Source: Minisyncoccota bacterium
GTDB taxonomy: Bacteria; Patescibacteriota; Minisyncoccia; UBA6257; 2-01-FULL-56-20
Length of the DNA stretch: 64,000 bases
Reading direction: 5' to 3'
Assembly (NCBI GenBank): GCA_041664245.1
Contig: JBAYLC010000003.1
Span: 394-64,393 of the forward strand
Shown piece after piece: positions 9,007 to 16,337 of this stretch. A model generated the notes under the pieces. It was not told the DNA's origin. It saw nothing but the letters and a program-made list of their open reading frames with translations, and did no database searches. Numbering within the stretch: the first letter of the stretch is position 1; each line of letters begins with the position of its first letter. Both the position numbers and the translations under genes were made by a program.

Positions 9007-11532
9007 TTATTTCTTTAATTCGCCTAGATTTTGCCCAACCGAGATATCAACTTTTAACGGCAAACCCAAGTCAAAAACCCTTTCCATTATCTTTAAAACC
9101 TCGGCTTTGACTATTTGAATAATATCATCGTGAACCTCCAAGAGCAATTCGTCATGGATCGAAAGAATCATTTTCGCTTTATTTCTAAAAACACTGTTGT
9201 CAGCTAGATAATTCCTGGTTTGAATCATGGATAATTTAATTATATCGGCCGCTAATCCTTGTATGGGTTGATTTATCGCCGCCCGTTCCGCCTCCGCGAT
9301 CAGCCGTTGCGCTCCCGAATTTATTCCTGGCAAATACCGCCTTCGGTTTGTCTTGGTTTTAACGTAACCGTTCTGCCGAACTTGTCGTTTAATTTCTTCC
9401 TGCCACTCTTTAATTCTAGAAAACTCCTTAAAGTAAGCGTCAATAAAATCTTGGGCTTGGGTTCGTTTCAAACCGCTCGTTTTAGAAAAAGCGGAAACAC
9501 CCATGCCGTAAATCAAGCCAAAATTTAAAGTTTTTGCCAGCCGTCTTTCTTCTGGCCCCACTTTGCTGATTGGAATCTTAAGGATCTTCGAAGCGGTAAG
9601 AGAGTGAATATCTTGTCCTTTTTGGAACGCCTCAGTCATTTTTTCATCCTCACTCAAAGATGCTAGGATCCTAAGCTCGATTTGAGAATAATCAAATGCT
9701 AAAAATGAAAAATTTTTTGGCGCTTCAAATGCCATCCTTAATTCTTTCGCCCAAACTGAACCCTGGGGAATATTCTGTAAATTTGGTGATTTAGAACTAA
9801 GCCGCCCAGTTGCCGCTCCGGTCTGAATAAATTCGGTGTGCAACCTCCCTTCGTTATCAACTAAACTTTGGAATGGCCGCACGTAAGTCGTTTGAATCTT
9901 AAAATGCTCCCGATAATCAATAATCGAATCAATAATTTCATGCTGGCCGCGAAGAGCCAACAAACTCTCAAAATTTGTAGACCTCTCTCCACCTTCCGTC
10001 CGCCGGGCTAACTTAGCGTTTACGCCCAATTTGTCAAAAATAATTTTTCCAACCTGTTGGGGTGAATTGATGTTGAATTCCTCGCCCGCCAATTTGTAAA
10101 TTATTCCAGTCAGTTTTTCGAGCTCAATATCTATTTTCTCTTCAAGAGCCTTAAGTTTGGAAATATTAGTTAAAATCCCAACGCTCTCCATCTCGGCCAA
10201 AACCCCGATAAGCGGCATCTCAATTTTCTGAAAAATTTCCTCCATCTCATATTCTTTTATCTTCTTCGCTGTAAAGTTATAAGCCAATTTCAAATCATCC
10301 TCGTTACCCCGAAATTCTCGCCGTAAAAATTGCTTGAAAACCGCCTCCGGCTCATAATCCTTAAAATCAGGATCCAGCAACCAAAACGCTACCCCTAAAT
10401 CAAAATAAGGCTCCTTCAAATCTTTCCCATTTCGCCATAAATTCTTTATTAAATTTTTTAACCCAAAACCAACTTTTAATTTATCAGAACTAAAATCCCT
10501 GCTTTCTGGATTCTCCCCAAAAATCAAAATCTCGCCGTTAGTTTCAAAAACCTCAGACTTTTTCTGAGTTCCAAAAATCGAGCCCTGCCCCGCCTTTATT
10601 GGAACTTCTTTTGTTGTTTTAATTTTCCCACCAAAAACTACCTCTTTGATATTAGAAGTAGGCAATTCGGCTCCTCCATTCATTCGCTTCACCAAACTCT
10701 CAAATCCAAGATCTCGAAAATAATTTGCCAGTTGTTCTCCGTCTCGCTCCATTACCAATTCATCTAAATTACCCACCTTAACCGGCGCCTTCATTTCCAA
10801 AATAACCAACGACTTCGCAAATTCTGCCTTCTCTTTAGTTCCCTCAAGTTTTTTGGCCGCTTTTGGATCTTTATCTAAATTACGATAGATATTATCGAGC
10901 GTTCTGTATTTTTTTAAAAGCTCGCTGGCTGTTTTCGGTCCAATCCCCGGCACTCCTTTAATATTATCCGAAGCGTCTCCGATTAAAGCCTTATAGTCAG
11001 TCAGTTGTTTTGGTTCTAAGTCGTAGCGCGCTTTAACTGCCGCCTCGTCGTAAGTAAAAGTGTCACTCACCCCCCGCCGGAAAGTTTTAACCACTAATTT
11101 CTCGCCCTCCACCATCTGCAAAGTATCAAGGTCACCGGTTAAGATCATCACCCTCACCCCCGGTTCCGATTTAAATTTCTGGGCTAAAGTAGCAATCAAG
11201 TCGTCCGCTTCATAACCGGGAATTTCAAAAGTCTTGATTCCAAATTTAGGAAACAAATCTCTCGCCGCAATAATTTGCTCCACTAAATTATCCGGCGCCT
11301 TCGGTCGTTGAGCCTTATATTCCTTAAATCTTTCTTTCCGAAAAGTCGGCTCCGGTCGGTCAAAAAGTGCCGCCGCATAGTCGGGTTTATCTTCTTTTAA
11401 AATTCGAAGAAGAATATTGGAAACGCCATAGAGCGCTTGTGTCGCCCGCCCATCCGGCGCTGTTAAAGGCGGCAAGGCGTGGAAACACCGGTGAATTAAG
11501 GAATTAGCGTCAATAAGTAATAGGGTTTTCAC
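9007..11532 (-). CDS. polA: DNA polymerase I (5'-3' exonuclease + polymerase; 3'-5' exonuclease region degenerate)
   Basis: LIDANSL, EADD, TGRLSS..PNLQNIP, DYSQIELR, AK..NFG.IYG, HDEL. Confidence 0.97.
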   Translation of the reverse strand: MKTLLLIDANSLIHRCFHALPPLTAPDGRATQALYGVSNILLRILKEDKPDYAAALFDRPEPTFRKERFKEYKAQRPKAPDNLVEQIIAARDLFPKFGIKTFEIPGYEADDLIATLAQKFKSEPGVRVMILTGDLDTLQMVEGEKLVVKTFRRGVSDTFTYDEAAVKARYDLEPKQLTDYKALIGDASDNIKGVPGIGPKTASELLKKYRTLDNIYRNLDKDPKAAKKLEGTKEKAEFAKSLVILEMKAPVKVGNLDELVMERDGEQLANYFRDLGFESLVKRMNGGAELPTSNIKEVVFGGKIKTTKEVPIKAGQGSIFGTQKKSEVFETNGEILIFGENPESRDFSSDKLKVGFGLKNLIKNLWRNGKDLKEPYFDLGVAFWLLDPDFKDYEPEAVFKQFLRREFRGNEDDLKLAYNFTAKKIKEYEMEEIFQKIEMPLIGVLAEMESVGILTNISKLKALEEKIDIELEKLTGIIYKLAGEEFNINSPQQVGKIIFDKLGVNAKLARRTEGGERSTNFESLLALRGQHEIIDSIIDYREHFKIQTTYVRPFQSLVDNEGRLHTEFIQTGAATGRLSSKSPNLQNIPQGSVWAKELRMAFEAPKNFSFLAFDYSQIELRILASLSEDEKMTEAFQKGQDIHSLTASKILKIPISKVGPEERRLAKTLNFGLIYGMGVSAFSKTSGLKRTQAQDFIDAYFKEFSRIKEWQEEIKRQVRQNGYVKTKTNRRRYLPGINSGAQRLIAEAERAAINQPIQGLAADIIKLSMIQTRNYLADNSVFRNKAKMILSIHDELLLEVHDDIIQIVKAEVLKIMERVFDLGLPLKVDISVGQNLGELKK

Positions 11533-11558
11533 TCCTATATTATAATCTAGCGAGCCCC

Positions 11559-11981
11559 TTAAAGGTAATGCTCGAATTCCTTCGGTAACCGGTTAATTTC
11601 GTTTAAATAAAAAATCATTCTTTTAAAATCACTGTTTCCCTCCAAATAGGTTTTTTCTTCTAATCCGCTGGCTTGATGATTGGAAATTTTTTCCCTCAAT
11701 TCCTTTAGGGCTTTTTCATGGCCTAAAATATAATTTCTTATTTCCTCCTCACTCATAAGCTCGCCAACAGTCGCAGTTTGATTTTCCCTCATCTTTTTTT
11801 CTACCCCTCTCATATGACTTTCTAAATCTCCGCTCCCAAAAGAACTTCCCACATCCTTTTGGTCGCCAAAAGATTGCTCCAGAAATATTTTTGGAGGGCT
11901 TTCAGTCTCCCCACCCTTCATTGGATTTACTATCTCTTTTTCCCCTCCGCTAATTTTTGGCTCTCCAACCTCCGAATTCAT
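11559..11981 (-). CDS. Hypothetical protein
   Basis: 140-aa ORF filling the gap; TATTAT 6 nt before the ATG. Confidence 0.6.
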   Translation of the reverse strand: MNSEVGEPKISGGEKEIVNPMKGGETESPPKIFLEQSFGDQKDVGSSFGSGDLESHMRGVEKKMRENQTATVGELMSEEEIRNYILGHEKALKELREKISNHQASGLEEKTYLEGNSDFKRMIFYLNEINRLPKEFEHYL

Positions 11982-12001
11982 CTTTTTATAATACCACGAA
12001 T

Positions 12002-12487
12002 CTATCTTGCTATTTTTATTAACCTTTCATTCTCTTTTTTCCCGTGCTTGAATTCAATTTTCCGAATATTCTTCGGCAAAATATTCTTAATCCGTTCCGG
12101 CCACTCAATTAAAACTATATTCTTTGGATTTTCCAGAATTTCTTTGATTCCTAAAATTTTTAGTTCGTCCGCTTTTTTAATCCGATAACAATCAAAATGA
12201 TAGACATTAGTAAACGGCAAATCACGAAGCGCAAATCGCTTAAAAATCACAAACGTTGGACTCTGCGCTTTTCCCCGAATTCCCAGCCCGCGCAAAAATC
12301 CTTGTGTAAAAGTTGTCTTTCCGCTTCCCAAATCCCCCTTTAAAGCCAAAACCACCGCCCCTTTGCGGCTTGATACCTGACACTTGCTTGCCCCGAAGTA
12401 TCTTGAGGGGATACTTGATACTTTTTTCGCCACCTCACTGCCAACTTTCTTCGTCTCGTCTGAAGAATAAGTTCGATAAGTATTCAT
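12002..12487 (-). CDS. tsaE: tRNA threonylcarbamoyladenosine biosynthesis ATPase
   Basis: GDLGSGKTTF, SPTF, HFDCYR, IEWPE. Confidence 0.95.
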   Translation of the reverse strand: MNTYRTYSSDETKKVGSEVAKKVSSIPSRYFGASKCQVSSRKGAVVLALKGDLGSGKTTFTQGFLRGLGIRGKAQSPTFVIFKRFALRDLPFTNVYHFDCYRIKKADELKILGIKEILENPKNIVLIEWPERIKNILPKNIRKIEFKHGKKENERLIKIAR

Positions 12488-12995
12488 TTCTTTTTATTAA
12501 AAAAATAATCAGGGCGGTTATAAAGATAGCGCTTCCCAAAGCCAAAATCAAAATCTCGCCGAATCCTAAACCGTCATTTATCGGCCGGCCAAATTCAAAA
12601 TTTGTTTTCGCCCCCTCGACCTGAGCTAAAAATCTATTTACCTCTCCCGGTGTCGGTTCAGTCGCCAAAAAAATTCCGGAATCAGTTCGGCTAAAACTTT
12701 TTCCCTCCGCCGCCGATCCATAAAAAGCCGCCGTCTGTATCAAACTTCCCTTCGGGTCGTATAATTTCAATTCGCCGTTTTGATTTTGAAGCGCCAATTT
12801 AGTTTCGCTTCTCTTTAAAACCTTATATTCTCCGGAAGCAATCTCGCCTTTCAAATAAAACTTTTTGCCGGAATTATTTTCGATTCGCCAGCCATTCAAA
12901 CTAAGCGGTTGTCCGCCGCTATTAAAAATCTCCATCCATTCACCCGCTGTATCATTGCCAACTGGATTCGGCAACCACTCATTAATTAATATCAT
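12435..12995 (-). CDS. Lamin-tail-domain (LTD) protein with C-terminal membrane anchor
   Basis: INEWLPNP..D..GEWMEIFN, LQNQNGE, PTPG..N, then one TM helix. Confidence 0.8.
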   Translation of the reverse strand: MILINEWLPNPVGNDTAGEWMEIFNSGGQPLSLNGWRIENNSGKKFYLKGEIASGEYKVLKRSETKLALQNQNGELKLYDPKGSLIQTAAFYGSAAEGKSFSRTDSGIFLATEPTPGEVNRFLAQVEGAKTNFEFGRPINDGLGFGEILILALGSAIFITALIIFLIKRNEYLSNLFFRRDEESWQ

Positions 12996-13004
12996 AACGC
13001 AAAT

Positions 13005-14009
13005 CTACAGGAGTTCTCCTTTTCTTTTTATTCCCAAATGCTCATACGCCGCCGGCATCACCAACCGCCCCGCCGACGATCGCTGCAAAAATCCCAAACT
13101 CATCAAATACGGTTCGTAGATATCCTCGATCACCCCTCTCTCTTCATTCAGGGCCGCCGCCAAAGTATTAATTCCCACCGGCCCCCCGCTGAATTTATTT
13201 ATGATTATTTCGAGTAGTCGCCGGTCGCTCGGCTCGAGTCCCCGCTCATCGATATCCAAAAGTTTTAATGTTTCGAACGCCATCTCTGCTTTTATTATTC
13301 CGTCGCCGTGAACCTCAGCATAATCTCTCGCTCGTTTTAAAAGTCGATTGGCAATTCTCGGCGTCGCCCGCGAAGCTTGGGCCAAGATATCCACCGCCTC
13401 CGACGCCACTTTCACTCCCAAAATCTTCGCCGATCGGCCAATTATAGTCTTGATATCTTTCGGGTCGTAATAATTAAGTCGAAACGTCGCCCCAAATCGC
13501 GATCGAAGCGGTCCCGAAAGCAAATTTTCTCTCGTTGTCGCCGCAATCAAAGTAAACGCTGGCAAGTCCAAAGTTAAACTCCGCGCGCTTGGCCCCTTGC
13601 CAACCATTAAATGAAGTTTTCGACTCTCCATCGCCGGATAGAGCACCTCTTCAATTAATCTATTCATCCGATGAGCTTCATCAATAAATAAAATCTCCCC
13701 CTCTTCGAGGTTAGTTAAAATCGCCGCCACATCCCCCGCCCGTTCCAAAGCCGGCCCGGAAGTAACCTTCACTGCCGCTCCAAATTCTTTTGCCACTAAA
13801 TATGCCAACGTTGTTTTACCTAATCCAGCCGGTCCGCAAAAAAGAAGGTGATCAATTGATTCATTTCTTTTTTTTGCCGCCGTCATAATAATCCGCAAAT
13901 TATCCTTTATCCTTTCCTGGCCAACATATTCATCCCAAGAAGTCGGCCGCAAAGCCTGATCAATCGTAGCATCCTCTTTATTCAAGTCATTTTTCTTCTC
14001 CAATTTCAT
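13005..14009 (-). CDS. ruvB: Holliday junction branch migration helicase RuvB
   Basis: LRP, GPAGLGKTT, FIDEAHR, TPRIANRLL, EPYL. Start reassigned to ATG 14009 (TATATT 6 nt upstream). Confidence 0.97.
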   Translation of the reverse strand: MKLEKKNDLNKEDATIDQALRPTSWDEYVGQERIKDNLRIIMTAAKKRNESIDHLLFCGPAGLGKTTLAYLVAKEFGAAVKVTSGPALERAGDVAAILTNLEEGEILFIDEAHRMNRLIEEVLYPAMESRKLHLMVGKGPSARSLTLDLPAFTLIAATTRENLLSGPLRSRFGATFRLNYYDPKDIKTIIGRSAKILGVKVASEAVDILAQASRATPRIANRLLKRARDYAEVHGDGIIKAEMAFETLKLLDIDERGLEPSDRRLLEIIINKFSGGPVGINTLAAALNEERGVIEDIYEPYLMSLGFLQRSSAGRLVMPAAYEHLGIKRKGELL

Positions 14010-14122
14010 AACTACAATATACAACTCCTGGGGAATCAAAGGCAAACAATCGACTTGACAAGCTTTCAAAATCCAACGAAAATAACGTTCCGTAGGTCAT
14101 TTTCGGTTCCAGAATCTCCTTC

Positions 14123-14151
14123 TTGACAAATTAAAAATAGTATGCTAGAAT
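14123..14151 (+). promoter_or_regulatory. Sigma70-type promoter
   Basis: TTGACA-N17-TAGAAT with extended TG. Confidence 0.8.
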
Positions 14152-14157
14152 ATCCAG

Positions 14158-14368
14158 GCAATTGAAGATAGTTGTTTTAAATCTGGGGTAAGGAATTAAT
14201 CCTAGTTAACGGACGGTTTGGCTCCGGCGAGACCCATCCTCGGAATAATTCTTCGCTCTTCTAAATTTCATTTAGAAGGGTCTCTCGCCGCCCTTCCCAT
14301 AAGGTTGGCCCCCAGATTTAAAATAACTACCCACCCGCTCAACTTCCAAGTTGGGTGGGTTTCGTTTT
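14158..14368 (+). ncRNA. Putative structured ncRNA, possibly 6S-like
   Basis: Consensus promoter; 20-bp closing stem 14169-14188/14310-14329; inner stem GGCGAGA/TCTCGCC; terminator hairpin 14330-14359 plus T-rich tail; no credible ORF. Confidence 0.55.
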
Positions 14369-14446
14369 TCTCCCCTTCTCTAAATAAATCTCTACTTTTT
14401 CTGTAAGCGAGTATTTTTAGAAGCTTTTTGAATACTTCAAAGAAAA

Positions 14447-14586
14447 GCGACTTTTCTGTTTTTAGGGAGCTATCGGAAGTTTCAAAAGCTTGGTCCCCGT
14501 CACAACGGGGTTTTGAAACCGAGATGCAGGCGCGCTTAGCCGCTGGAAGCTAAGCGACGCCGGTCCCTAAAAACAGAAGAGGAGCG
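14447..14586. repeat. Structured dispersed repeat, copy A (homologous to 49739-49877)
   Basis: Terminal inverted repeat and two internal stems. Shares AGCTTGGT, CCGAGA.GCAGGCGCG, GCCGCTGGAAGC and CGCCGGT with copy B. Confidence 0.85.
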
Positions 14587-14591
14587 CTCGC

Positions 14592-16277
14592 TTAAACCCC
14601 AATTAACCCCGTCACTTTCTCCACCTCATCAAAAGTCGTAATCCCATCTAAAACTTTTAGAATGCCATCTTCCTGCATCGTTACCATTCCCTGGCTAATT
14701 GCGAATTTTCGAAGCGTCACCTCTGAAGCTTCTTTCAAAATTATTTCTTCAAATTCAGCCCCAGCTTCCAAAAATTCAAAAATTCCAATTCTTCCCTTAT
14801 AACCAAAACCATTGCACTCATTACATCCCACCACTTCGTAAATTGTCCGCCCCGCCGATAAATCATATTTTTCTCTATTTACCCTCTCCGGCATTTTTTC
14901 TATCAGCTCTTTAATCTTATTTAGCTCTTCGGCAGCCAAATGCTTTTCTTTTTTGCACTTATCACAAAGCCTTCTTACTAGCCTTTGGGCAATAACCAAA
15001 CTAAGCGCCGGCCCGATTGTCGGCGTTTTTACTCCCAAATCAACCAATCGGGGAACTGCCCCGATCGCGTCGTTGGTATGGAGCGTCGAGAAAACCACGT
15101 GTCCGGTCAAGGCCGCCTGCATTGCAATCTCCGCAGTTTCCAAATCCCTAACCTCGCCAACCAAGATCACATCCGGATCCTGCCTAACAATTGCCCTCAA
15201 CCCTTTTGCAAAAGTGTATTGCGCGCTCGGGTCCACTTGTGTCTGTTCAATTCCCTCGAGCCGATATTCGATAGGATCTTCAATTGTAATAATTTTTGTT
15301 TCCGAGCTGGAGAGAGATTGCAAAAACGCGTAGAGCGTCGTTGTTTTTCCTGATCCGGTCGGTCCCGTATTTAAAACTAATCCGTTTGGCTTGCCTAATT
15401 GTTTTTTCACAATTTCCAAATCATCTTCCCGAAGTCCCAAATCTTTAAGTCCAACTTTTATCGCGTCAGGATTTAATATCCTCATCACAATCGTCTCGCC
15501 GAATTCCGAAGGAATAATTGAAACTCTCATCTCAATTTCCTTCCCTGCTACATTAATTGTGAATCGCCCGTCTTGCGGTTCATTGCGGACATTTATCTTC
15601 AGCCCTGAGAGAAGTTTAATCCGCGAAACTAATTTTTCATAACTTATTCTCGGTAAATTACTCAAAACATCATGAAGAAGACCGTCCACTCTGAATCGCA
15701 CCCTCACAATTTCTTCTCCGGCTTCGAAGTGGATATCCGATGCCCGGCTTATTAGTCCCTCTGCCAAAACCATTTCGAAAATATCCGTCGTGCTGAGTGT
15801 TGCAAAATTAGAACCCTCTAACTCCTCTTTAAATACTTGAATGCTAACCCATCGCTTTGTAAATTCGCCGAACTTTTGTTTGTCGATTCCCACCTTGCCG
15901 GTGATATCTTTCGCCTCCGGTGATACATATTCATAAAAAGCCCAAGCCTGTTTAACACTACTAAGCGAAGCTACAAAAACTTTAACTTTATATTTTTTTA
16001 ATTCCAAATCTTTTATCACCTCCGCCACTTCGGGGAAACGGGGATCCGTCGTCACCACCGCCAGCTTCTGAACGCTAATCTCCACTGCTGCCAGTTTAGC
16101 TTGCTTTGCCTTTTCCTCCGGAACTAATTTAACCGCCTCTAAGGCAATTGCCGCCTTACTTAAATCGAGGTAGGGATATCCTATCTCTTCTGCTAAACGC
16201 TTGGCAGCCCTTTCCTCCGAGTCTCTTCGGAGTCTCCCCAATTTCTGTTCAATCGGTATTGAGTTATTATTCGCCAT
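14592..16277 (-). CDS. pilB: Type IV pilus assembly / type II secretion ATPase (PilB/GspE family)
   Basis: ASDIH, GPTGSGKTTTLY, TIEDPIE, RQDPDVILVGEVRD, TLHTN, CxxC zinc motifs. Confidence 0.9.
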   Translation of the reverse strand: MANNNSIPIEQKLGRLRRDSEERAAKRLAEEIGYPYLDLSKAAIALEAVKLVPEEKAKQAKLAAVEISVQKLAVVTTDPRFPEVAEVIKDLELKKYKVKVFVASLSSVKQAWAFYEYVSPEAKDITGKVGIDKQKFGEFTKRWVSIQVFKEELEGSNFATLSTTDIFEMVLAEGLISRASDIHFEAGEEIVRVRFRVDGLLHDVLSNLPRISYEKLVSRIKLLSGLKINVRNEPQDGRFTINVAGKEIEMRVSIIPSEFGETIVMRILNPDAIKVGLKDLGLREDDLEIVKKQLGKPNGLVLNTGPTGSGKTTTLYAFLQSLSSSETKIITIEDPIEYRLEGIEQTQVDPSAQYTFAKGLRAIVRQDPDVILVGEVRDLETAEIAMQAALTGHVVFSTLHTNDAIGAVPRLVDLGVKTPTIGPALSLVIAQRLVRRLCDKCKKEKHLAAEELNKIKELIEKMPERVNREKYDLSAGRTIYEVVGCNECNGFGYKGRIGIFEFLEAGAEFEEIILKEASEVTLRKFAISQGMVTMQEDGILKVLDGITTFDEVEKVTGLIGV

Positions 16278-16337
16278 TAGTTAAAATTTATATGATTAAT
16301 ACTATTATAGTTCAAATTAAATAATCCCCAAAATAAA

